Source: a virus (taxonomy: Duplodnaviria > Caudoviricetes). Taken from it: DNA of 58,682 bases. The stretch covers positions 1-58,682 of the IMG/VR virus record IMGVR_UViG_3300012685_000005; one strand, given 5' to 3'. Of this stretch, positions 22,491 to 31,201 are shown in pieces. Position 1 is the first letter of the stretch; every line of letters starts with the position of its first letter. A program made the translations under genes and the position numbers. Under the pieces are notes generated by a model. It saw nothing but the letters and a program-made list of their open reading frames with translations. It ran no database searches and had not been told where the DNA came from.

Positions 22491-23266
22491 TGCCAACGCC
22501 CACCAATCCGCTGTCGTTCAACTCGTACATCCAGCAAATGGGCGTGATGGCCGTCATCAATACGCAACTCGTCGCGGGCGTTCAGCAATTCGTCGACGCG
22601 CCAGCCGAAGTCACTGTCCCGATGATGCTGAATTATTCTGAGTTGAGAATCCAGAGAGATTTGGATTTGCTCGCCTCGCAGTCCTCCAACACCTACACGC
22701 TCACAGCGGGCGTGAATGTGTTCCCGCTCCCCGTCGATGATTTCTTGACCGTGCAGACGCTCGAAGTCTTGACCGCAGCCGGCGCGACGCCCGCGCCGCT
22801 GCTCTCCGTGTCGAAAGAGTTCATCCAAAATTGCTATGGCGGACTTGCGTCCGCTGGCACGCCGCAGTATTTCGCGATGTACGGCGATAATTTCGGCAGC
22901 GATCAGGACACGAACACGAATATCCTGCTGGGGCCTCCGCCGAATTTCGCCTACACGTTGCGGGTGACGGGTACGTGTCGCGAGCCATCGCTTTTTCAGA
23001 ATGCGGCGGCGGGCGTGGCGGATACCGAGTACACGTACATATCCAGCTATATGCCTGATTTATTGATCATGGCGAGCATGATTTATATCTCGGCGTTTCA
23101 GCGCAACTTCAGCGCAACCGCCGATGACGTGCCAATGGGTCAGACCTACGAGAAGCAATATCAGGCGCTGCGCATCGGGGCGATTCAGGAAGAGAATAGG
23201 CGCAAGCAATTGGGTTCTGCGTATTCAGCCTATTCCACGCCGACCTCGGCGACGCCGACGCGGTGA
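22490..23266 (+). CDS. Head-tail connector/adaptor protein
   Basis: ELRIQRDL, GTPQYFA, LGPPPN, PDLLIMA and YEKQYQ motifs. Confidence 0.7.
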   Translation: MPTPTNPLSFNSYIQQMGVMAVINTQLVAGVQQFVDAPAEVTVPMMLNYSELRIQRDLDLLASQSSNTYTLTAGVNVFPLPVDDFLTVQTLEVLTAAGATPAPLLSVSKEFIQNCYGGLASAGTPQYFAMYGDNFGSDQDTNTNILLGPPPNFAYTLRVTGTCREPSLFQNAAAGVADTEYTYISSYMPDLLIMASMIYISAFQRNFSATADDVPMGQTYEKQYQALRIGAIQEENRRKQLGSAYSAYSTPTSATPTR

Positions 23267-23269
23267 TCT

Positions 23270-25384
23270 ATGCCGCATGCCGCATTCAAATTGGTCCCAG
23301 GAACGGATACCGAGGAAACTCCCGCACTCAATGAGAATTCTGGAATCTCGCAGACCCAACTGATTCGCTTCAAACCCGATCGCAATGGACTCGGGCTCGT
23401 GGAAAAAATCGGCGGTTGGGACCGATTCTATGTCTCGTCCATGCTCGCCATCGTGCGCGCCCTATGGGCCTGGGAGGACTTGAACCTTAACTCCCACCTC
23501 GCCGTCGGCACGGAAACCATCATAGGGCAGATGTCCGCGCAGCTCGCGGTGATCACGAACGGCGCGCTACTCGATATCACGCCGACCTCGGTCATCGACA
23601 ACATAGCGCCCGTGATCACCACGCAGGCCGGAAGTTATTCGGTCATCGTCACGGACAACGTGACAACCGGCATCACGAATTACGATTCCGTGTACATCGC
23701 GACGCCAATCAGTATCGGCGGATTGATCCTGTTTGGGTTTTATCCGTGCTCGCCCGATGGGATTCTGACACCGAACGGTTATACGATATGGTCGCGCGAT
23801 ATTCTGGGGAATCTGCTACCCGCACCGGCATCCTCATCGCTACCAGTCCTACCGTCCTTTTCAACGGTCGGGCCGGCTGGCGCGGTCGCGGGATCAAGCA
23901 CGGTGACAGTGATGCTGCCGAATTACACCTATGCGGCTGGCGGTACATTCCCAGTGCTCACACCGACATCAGTCGGCGGCATCACATTCTACGGCAATTA
24001 CGTCGTGCAGTCGCTCATCGATGTGAACAATTTCACGATCATCGCGAACACGGCGGCGACCTCGTCCGATATGGGCACGCTCAATGGCGGCCTTGCACAG
24101 TTCATCTACTCGCTAGGCCAAGGCGCGATTCCGGGCGGCACAGGCTACGGCATCGGTTCCTATGGCGGCGGCGGGTACGGCACGGGAACGCCCATCGTGC
24201 CGCAAGCGGGAACGGCGATCAACGCCATCGATTGGACGCTCGATAACTGGGGCGAGATTCTCATCGCCTGCGCGATTCAACCCGTCGGCGGTACGCCGTT
24301 TCAGCCGATCTACCAATGGGACCCCGGGCAGCCGACGGCGACCGTGATCGAGGCGGGCCCGCCCGTCAACGATGGCATTTTCGTCGCCATGCCGCAGCGG
24401 CAGGTTGTCGCGTGGGGCTCGACACAGACCGGCATTCAGGACCCATTGCTCGTGCGCTGGTGCGATGTCGGAAATTTCAATGTGTGGACGGCGACGGTGA
24501 CGAATCAGGCGGGATCGTATCGCATTCCGAAGGGCTCGCGCATCGTCGGCGCATTGCAGGGTCCGCAGCAAGGTTTGATATTGACTGATATCGACGCCTG
24601 GTCGATGCAATATATCGGGCCGCCATTCGTGTACTCGTTCAATGAGATCGGCACGGGCTGCGGATTGATTGCGCGTAAAGCCGTCGCATTCTTCAATGGG
24701 ATTGGCTATTGGATGGGATATTCGCAGATGTATCGATTGAGTGCGAATGGCGTCGAGCCCATGCCGTGCTCGGTGTGGGATGTCGTGTTCCAAAACATTG
24801 ACCGCGCGAACGTGCGCAAAATCCGCGTCGCAGTGAACTCGCTCTTTGGCGAGATTCAGTGGTTCTATCCGTCGCTGGTTGGGGGCGGCGAAGTAGATTC
24901 TTATGTGAAGTTCAACGCGTATCTCAATGTGTGGGATTTTGGTTCACTCGGGCGCACGGCCTGGGTCGATCAATCGGTGTTGGGACCGCCCGTCGGCGCA
25001 GATCCCTCGACGCTGTTGCTCTACCAGCATGAGACATCAAACGATGCCGATGGGCAGGCGATGCTGCCCTCGTTTCAGAGTGGATATTTTACGATTGCCG
25101 AGGGCGACAATAAGACGTTTATCGATCTCATATGGCCTGATTTTAAATGGGGTGCCTATAATCAGGCGCAGAATGCGACGGTGAAGATCACATTTTATGT
25201 AGTCGATTACCCTGGCGACACGCCCACCGCTTATGGCCCTTACTCTGTGACTAAAGCCACGCAATTTTTCAATACGAGGTTGCGAGGGCGATTGGTCTCC
25301 GTGAATATTTCCTCAGATGATTTAGGTAGTTTCTGGAGAATCGGTGCGTTGCGTTATCGCTACGCTGCCGATGGCAAATTCTAA
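23270..25384 (+). CDS. Tail nozzle / tubular protein B (P22 gp10-like)
   Basis: 704 aa beta-propeller-like; EKIGGW, WTLDNWGE, VRWCD, GCGL, EIQWFYPS, RLRGR. Confidence 0.75.
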   Translation: MPHAAFKLVPGTDTEETPALNENSGISQTQLIRFKPDRNGLGLVEKIGGWDRFYVSSMLAIVRALWAWEDLNLNSHLAVGTETIIGQMSAQLAVITNGALLDITPTSVIDNIAPVITTQAGSYSVIVTDNVTTGITNYDSVYIATPISIGGLILFGFYPCSPDGILTPNGYTIWSRDILGNLLPAPASSSLPVLPSFSTVGPAGAVAGSSTVTVMLPNYTYAAGGTFPVLTPTSVGGITFYGNYVVQSLIDVNNFTIIANTAATSSDMGTLNGGLAQFIYSLGQGAIPGGTGYGIGSYGGGGYGTGTPIVPQAGTAINAIDWTLDNWGEILIACAIQPVGGTPFQPIYQWDPGQPTATVIEAGPPVNDGIFVAMPQRQVVAWGSTQTGIQDPLLVRWCDVGNFNVWTATVTNQAGSYRIPKGSRIVGALQGPQQGLILTDIDAWSMQYIGPPFVYSFNEIGTGCGLIARKAVAFFNGIGYWMGYSQMYRLSANGVEPMPCSVWDVVFQNIDRANVRKIRVAVNSLFGEIQWFYPSLVGGGEVDSYVKFNAYLNVWDFGSLGRTAWVDQSVLGPPVGADPSTLLLYQHETSNDADGQAMLPSFQSGYFTIAEGDNKTFIDLIWPDFKWGAYNQAQNATVKITFYVVDYPGDTPTAYGPYSVTKATQFFNTRLRGRLVSVNISSDDLGSFWRIGALRYRYAADGKF

Positions 25385-25729
25385 ATGTCAGCCTCCACCT
25401 CCGATGTGCTTTCCGCGATCAAAAATATCGTGACCGCTCTCGCCAACGCGACGCAGACTTATCTGAACGTCAATGGCACGCTGAACGCCGCCAACATCGC
25501 GACGCCGACCGTCGTCAAAACATCGGCCGGCCGCATTGCCGAGGTAAGCGTGCTGACGGCGGGAACCGCGCCCGGGATTATCTACGATGGCGCGACGTTG
25601 ACCGCGACCACGAAGCCGCTCGGCGTGATTCCGAATACGGTTGGGATTTTTACAGTGAATCTCGCGACGAGTTTCGGACTGCTCGTTGTGCCGGGTACTG
25701 GACAGGTTGTGACGGTTGGGTACTCGTAA
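25385..25729 (+). CDS. Virion structural protein
   Basis: VVKTSAGRI...IYD...GLLV beta-sandwich pattern. Confidence 0.65.
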   Translation: MSASTSDVLSAIKNIVTALANATQTYLNVNGTLNAANIATPTVVKTSAGRIAEVSVLTAGTAPGIIYDGATLTATTKPLGVIPNTVGIFTVNLATSFGLLVVPGTGQVVTVGYS

Positions 25730-25843
25730 TGTTGCGCCTGATCGGTAACCCGACATATCTCGGAGGTCTCTGATGAGCCACTGGACCACGTACTTCCTCC
25801 AACCTGGCACGGCAGAGGGCGGGCGCGTGCGGAGTATACGCTA

Positions 25844-26827
25844 ATGCCATTGTTACCCGGCAAGAAAAATATTCCGACGAACATTCGCGAGATGCAAGAC
25901 GCGGGACATCCGCATGACCAAGCCGTCGCCTCTGCCCTCAACGTCGCGCGCAAACATCGCGAGGGCGGCGGCGCGACTGTGCCACATGTGCACAAGCCGA
26001 AATTCAAGGCACACGGCATACACACGGGGCCGATCCATAGTTCTGTTGCGGGGCGCACGGATCACCTGCCCATGCATGTACCCACAGGGTCCTACGTGCT
26101 TCCTGCCGATATCGTGAGCGCGGGCGGCGAGGGTAACACCGCAGCGGGCTTTAAGATTCTACGCCGCACCTTCGGCGGCGAACCCTATGGCGCGGGTGCG
26201 TCTCCGTACGGTCAGTCCACAGGACCCTACGGCATGGCGGCGGGAGGCGCCGCCAAGCATCACGCGGCTGGGATTCTGTTCATTTCGCCCGATGACAAGA
26301 TTCTCCTGATGCGTCGCACCGGCAAAGACAAAGATCATGGCGGCGAGTGGGCGTTGCCGGCGGGCGGCATCGAAAAAGGCGAATCGCCCGAAGAGGCCGC
26401 GCGACGCGAAACCGAAGAGGAAACGGGCCACGAATACGATGGCGCGCTCTCGGAGATCACGAACCGCACGCGCGACGGCGTCGAGTTCACGACGTTCGTG
26501 GCGCACGTCAAGGAATTCGAGCCGAAACTCAATGAAGAACACTCCGAGCATCGATGGGTGACGACAGATGAGGCGCGCGAGATGGACTTGCATCCGGGGC
26601 TACGTGCGACTTTAGATCGGCTCCGCGCCCACAAAGCGCGCGGCGGATCGGTCGGCGTGCCCATCGTCGCGGCGGGCGGCGAGTGGGTGGTGCATCCGGA
26701 GCATGTCGAGCATGCGGGCGGCGGCGATTTGGATATGGGCCATCGCGTACTTGATGAGTTCGTCAATCGCATTCGAAAAGAATTGATCGGGACACTACAA
26801 AAATTACCAGGACCGCGCCGTGACTGA
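25844..26827 (+). CDS. Virion-associated protein with internal Nudix hydrolase domain
   Basis: Complete Nudix box GGIEKGESPEEAARRETEEETG; flanks GRTDHLPMHV...GSYVLPADIVS and VAAGGEWVV. Confidence 0.8.
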   Translation: MPLLPGKKNIPTNIREMQDAGHPHDQAVASALNVARKHREGGGATVPHVHKPKFKAHGIHTGPIHSSVAGRTDHLPMHVPTGSYVLPADIVSAGGEGNTAAGFKILRRTFGGEPYGAGASPYGQSTGPYGMAAGGAAKHHAAGILFISPDDKILLMRRTGKDKDHGGEWALPAGGIEKGESPEEAARRETEEETGHEYDGALSEITNRTRDGVEFTTFVAHVKEFEPKLNEEHSEHRWVTTDEAREMDLHPGLRATLDRLRAHKARGGSVGVPIVAAGGEWVVHPEHVEHAGGGDLDMGHRVLDEFVNRIRKELIGTLQKLPGPRRD

Positions 26828-27317
26828 CGACATACTACAAATACGCCTCGCTACCACCGACGACATGCCCGAAGTCATGCGATTGGCGGTCACCGCGTGC
26901 GAGGAAAACGGGTTTTTGAATGCCTCGCCAGCGGCGCTTGCGAAAGAGATATGGCCGGCACTATGTCAGGACCATGGGCTCTGTCCCGTCATCGGTCCTA
27001 TTGGTGGGGCCATCGAAGGGCTGGCATTGCTCAGAATTGGTGCCATGTGGTATGCGCCCGAAACGACAGTTCTCGAGGAAAAAGCGATCTTCGTCTATCC
27101 GCAATTCCGCTCAGCCAAAGGCGGACGTGCGTCACGTCTATGCGCATACACGAAGAAAGTCGCCGATACGCTCGGAATTCCGCTTATCATCGGTGTGCTA
27201 TCCAATGCCAGGACGGCGGCCAAGGTGCGTATGTATACACGCATCTTCGGCGAACCGGCCGGCGCGTTTTTTTTGTACGGGTCAGCGACGGGTGGACATA
27301 AAGTGACGGAGCATTAG
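26820..27317 (+). CDS. GNAT-like acetyltransferase
   Basis: IRLATTDD and FVYPQFR...G motif A; sits before the ejection proteins. Confidence 0.65.
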   Translation: MTDDILQIRLATTDDMPEVMRLAVTACEENGFLNASPAALAKEIWPALCQDHGLCPVIGPIGGAIEGLALLRIGAMWYAPETTVLEEKAIFVYPQFRSAKGGRASRLCAYTKKVADTLGIPLIIGVLSNARTAAKVRMYTRIFGEPAGAFFLYGSATGGHKVTEH

Positions 27318-27319
27318 CC

Positions 27320-30300
27320 ATGGGCGGCAAATCAAGTACCAGCACTCAGCAGGTCCAAATCCCGCCGTCTGTGCTCGCGCAATATAATGCGGTCAACGCA
27401 CGCGCGACTGATACCGCCTCGACTCCGTTCCAGCAATACAGTGGCCAGTTCGTGGCGCCCGTCAACGCGCAGCAGAATCAAGGCATCGCCGGCACCAACG
27501 CTGCGGCCAACGAAGCGCAGCCCTATTTCGGCGCCGCGACGGGCACACTCGGCCAAGCCCAAGCGGGTGTCAATCCGATCAATCAGTACGCGACAGGGCT
27601 CGCTGCGGGCTCTGCCGGCGCCGTGAATCCCGGCGCGCTCGATGTCGATCGCTACATATCGCCATACCTCAAGGATGTGGTCGGTTCAGAATCCGCGCTA
27701 TTGAATCAGAACAACCAGCAGCAGCAGGCCGGCCAGCTCGGCACCGCGATCCAATCCGGCGCCTTCGGCGGCGATCGCACGGGCATTGCGGCAGCGAATT
27801 TGGAACAGCAGCAGAATCTCGCGAATGCGAATATATATTCGAATCTGCTGAATCAGGGCTATAACACCGCGCTCGGCACCGCCCAGCAGCAGCAGGGCGT
27901 CAATCTCGAGGCCGGTCAAGCGAACCGTGCCGCATTGGGGTCGGCCGCGACGAATCTCGCGGGCATCGGCCAGACCGCCTACGGCGAGGGCGCCAACACC
28001 GCCACCGAACTCGCCGGCTTAGGCGCCGGCGCGCAGACCGCTGGCCTGCAAGGCGCGCAGGCGCAGATCGGCGCAGGCACATTGCAGCAGCAGACGCAGC
28101 AGGCACAGGACTCGGCACTCTATAACCAGTTCCTGCAGCAACAGTCCTACCCATTCCAGGTCGATCAGTTCCTGGCGAATATCGCCGAGGGCACCGGCGC
28201 GCTGTCGGGGTCGACGACGACGACGACGCAGCCGGGAGGGTTTTTCTCGGACAAGCGACTCAAGCACGACATCAAGAAAATCGGCGAGCTCTACGACGGG
28301 CAGCACATCGTGTCCTATAAGATGCACGGCGATCCGCGCACGCGCATTGGGCTCATTGCGCAGGATGTCAAGAAAAAGCACCCGGACGCGGTCGGCCTCG
28401 CCAAGGGGTACCAGATCGTCGATTACGGCAAGGCGACCGAAGAGGCGGCGAATCGCGGACATTTCTATGCGGGAGGCGTCGTGCCGATCCGGCAGGCCCA
28501 TGCCTCGGGCGGAGGCGCCGTGTGGGAGCCAGGCGCGTTTGCAGAGGGCGGTACCCCGTATGGCGGATCGGACACGCCCTATGACTTAGGATCGATCCTG
28601 GCGGCCCATCAGGCGATGTACGCGCCGATGCAGCATCGGCGGGATATCCCGAACCAAGGCGGTGTCGGCGGCCATCAACTGACCGTGGCGAGCGGATCAC
28701 CGACCCCGCCGCCGTCAGGCGCGAGCAATGTCAATCAGACGATCGGGCTCGGCGAGAAGGGCTACAAACTCTATAGTCACTTCAATAGCCCAACTTATAG
28801 CGGCCCGACGACTGGATCCGCCGCGGCTGGTCAGAGTGACGCGGGTTGGAATTCCATGGTGGACTCCATTGGAGCCCCGGCGGCGGATTCATCGGGTCTC
28901 GGCGCGGGATCGACGGCAGCCGCTGCTCCCGCCGCTACCGAGGCGGCTGCGCCGGTTGCAGCAGAAGCTGCGGCACCGGCTGCGGAGGCGGCCGCTGGGA
29001 GTGCTGCGGGCGCGGCTGGCACCGCCGCTGCGGGAGCCGCAGGTGCCGGCGCAGTGGGTGCAGGGACCGAAACGGCGGCCGCGCTTGCTGCTGAATATGC
29101 GGCAGCTTACGCTGCGGCCGCTGCCGCCGCAGCCAAACGCGGTGGGCGTATTCGCGGAAAATTAGCCGCCGGTGGAACGCCCTATGAGGGCGTGGCCGCA
29201 GGATCGCCCTATACCGACAGCGGCGGCGAAATCGACATTCCCGACACCGAGAACACGGCTCATTTGCAGAGCCCGGGTGCGCTCAAGAAACAGCCTACTG
29301 GACTACAGACTGCTATGACGCTCGGCAGTGAACAGGGGGCGAGTAACGCGCTTGGCAGCATATTCAGCAACCAGGCGCTGGCTCGAGGTGGCATCGCGGG
29401 CCGGCACGGCTATGACGATGGCGGCGATGTGCCCAATATGCTGCCCGAACAGACCGTGGAGGCGGCGCGCCCGTCGCCCATCGAATACACGGGCGGCGTA
29501 TCGAATACTGACGCCGCACCCATGAAAACCGAAGCGCCGCGCGGGGTGGCGGCCGGTGAGTCGGACACCCCGAAGGATCATTGGTGGAAGCACGCCGAGA
29601 ACGTGGTGCCGCTGCTATCGGGATTGGCTGCCATGGGTACCGCACCGACGCGGAGCTGGGGCACGGCGCTTGCGGCGGGACTGGGTGCAGGGGCCGAGTC
29701 CTATCTACCGGCACACCAGCAGCAGGCGGATATTCAGGCGCGGCAGATTCAGAATCAGATCGCGCAGACGAAATTGAATGCCTATCGACAGCCACCAGCG
29801 CAGATTCCGGGGGCGCAACCTTCCGATGCGCCTGACCCATCAGCCCCACTGCCGGATCGATTGCGCAAGCAGTACGCCGTCAATACGGCGCGGACCCCGC
29901 AGGAGCTCACTGATTTCAATCAGGCTCAAAATCAATCCATGCTGGTCGGGAAGGCGCCGATCGAGAAGGCGAATGCTGCGTATCAGAATCGCATAAAGAC
30001 ACAGCAATTCCAGAATCAGCAGGACGCGCAGAAGAATTACGACGCGGCTTATCACACGGCTACGCATTCTCAAGACCCCGCGTTGCGCGCATCGGCGGCA
30101 TCTGCGGCGGATGCGTATCGGCAATGGACCGGCGATCAATTCGAGACGCAGGACGGAGTGCTGCTGAATAAGCGCACCACGCAGCCGCCGATCGGGGCTG
30201 AGGCGCAACGCATTAGTCCGCAGGCTTACACTGAGTTGATGGCGCGCGCCGTCGCGAAAAGCCCCGTTCCCACTGGCGTACCTGGGGAAACGGTACTCAT

Positions 30301-31201
30301 GCCGAACTGGCAGATTGCCGGCGCGAAAAGCGCACAGGAGTATGTGGCCAGTTTGCCGCCGCCGGGGACGCCAGGCGCTGGTACAGATGCCACACCCTCA
30401 GCACCTACGCAGGCGGCACCCACGCGCCAAGCAGCGCCAGCCGTCGCGCCGAGGGTTGCGCCGCAGAAGATCGTGCCGACCGCTCCAGCACGCGCGGCGA
30501 CAGCGCCTACTAGTCCCACGACAGCCAACGCATTCGCCGATCCTGAGTACAAATTGCCTGCGATCAAGCGACAGATCGGGCTGACGCCTGGCAAGGATGT
30601 GGAGAAGCAAGTCGAAGCGACATCGGAAAAGCGCAAATTACTCCAAGAGGATGCCGAACAGACCGCGCAATCCTCAGCCGCCTCACTGCAATTCGGATTG
30701 GCGGCGAAGCAAATCATGGATTCCAAGGGCAAGCCCGTCACGGGCTTATTTGGCCCCGCCGCTAAGACGATCAGCAGCGTTTTTGGTGGAGTGAATGCGA
30801 CGAATTATCAAGAAGTCGCGAAGTATCTCGGTAATTTGGCCGTGCAGACCGGCAAGGGGAATTTCCCGAATGCGACTCAAAAAGAGGTCGGTCTGCAGTT
30901 TGAACAATTGAGCCCGAGCACGGCACAGACGGAAAGCGCGCTGAGGGATTTACTGGACGCCAACATCCGCACCAGTCAATACACGTTGGATACGGCGAAT
31001 CGTGCAGGTAAATATCTGGATCGCGCTGGCTACAACGGCGATCCTCAGCAGTTTTTCCGATGGAATCAGGCGCATTTCCCGCGTGAGGATTTATCCAAAC
31101 AGGCACCCTCGACCGCTGGCACTCAGGAAGGCGCGGTCGGCACCTCGAAGAGCGGCAAGCCCATCGTGTTCGCGAATGGACACTGGCAGTACAAACCGTA
31201 A
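27320..31201 (+). CDS. Large internal virion / DNA ejection protein with internal S74-like domain
   Basis: MGGKSSTSTQ start, Gln/Ala/Gly-rich, GAFGGDR; FSDKRLKHDI...GLIAQDV...VDY. Confidence 0.75.
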   Translation: MGGKSSTSTQQVQIPPSVLAQYNAVNARATDTASTPFQQYSGQFVAPVNAQQNQGIAGTNAAANEAQPYFGAATGTLGQAQAGVNPINQYATGLAAGSAGAVNPGALDVDRYISPYLKDVVGSESALLNQNNQQQQAGQLGTAIQSGAFGGDRTGIAAANLEQQQNLANANIYSNLLNQGYNTALGTAQQQQGVNLEAGQANRAALGSAATNLAGIGQTAYGEGANTATELAGLGAGAQTAGLQGAQAQIGAGTLQQQTQQAQDSALYNQFLQQQSYPFQVDQFLANIAEGTGALSGSTTTTTQPGGFFSDKRLKHDIKKIGELYDGQHIVSYKMHGDPRTRIGLIAQDVKKKHPDAVGLAKGYQIVDYGKATEEAANRGHFYAGGVVPIRQAHASGGGAVWEPGAFAEGGTPYGGSDTPYDLGSILAAHQAMYAPMQHRRDIPNQGGVGGHQLTVASGSPTPPPSGASNVNQTIGLGEKGYKLYSHFNSPTYSGPTTGSAAAGQSDAGWNSMVDSIGAPAADSSGLGAGSTAAAAPAATEAAAPVAAEAAAPAAEAAAGSAAGAAGTAAAGAAGAGAVGAGTETAAALAAEYAAAYAAAAAAAAKRGGRIRGKLAAGGTPYEGVAAGSPYTDSGGEIDIPDTENTAHLQSPGALKKQPTGLQTAMTLGSEQGASNALGSIFSNQALARGGIAGRHGYDDGGDVPNMLPEQTVEAARPSPIEYTGGVSNTDAAPMKTEAPRGVAAGESDTPKDHWWKHAENVVPLLSGLAAMGTAPTRSWGTALAAGLGAGAESYLPAHQQQADIQARQIQNQIAQTKLNAYRQPPAQIPGAQPSDAPDPSAPLPDRLRKQYAVNTARTPQELTDFNQAQNQSMLVGKAPIEKANAAYQNRIKTQQFQNQQDAQKNYDAAYHTATHSQDPALRASAASAADAYRQWTGDQFETQDGVLLNKRTTQPPIGAEAQRISPQAYTELMARAVAKSPVPTGVPGETVLMPNWQIAGAKSAQEYVASLPPPGTPGAGTDATPSAPTQAAPTRQAAPAVAPRVAPQKIVPTAPARAATAPTSPTTANAFADPEYKLPAIKRQIGLTPGKDVEKQVEATSEKRKLLQEDAEQTAQSSAASLQFGLAAKQIMDSKGKPVTGLFGPAAKTISSVFGGVNATNYQEVAKYLGNLAVQTGKGNFPNATQKEVGLQFEQLSPSTAQTESALRDLLDANIRTSQYTLDTANRAGKYLDRAGYNGDPQQFFRWNQAHFPREDLSKQAPSTAGTQEGAVGTSKSGKPIVFANGHWQYKP

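Noticed and set aside
25770-25800. Hammerhead ribozyme core CUGAUGAG
   Set aside because: No downstream GAAA or stem II; better explained as a TGATG stop/start overlap
27320-31201. Tape measure protein
   Set aside because: No tail tube, sheath or tail-chaperone genes seen; context (nozzle, GNAT, Gln-rich N-terminus) fits ejection proteins
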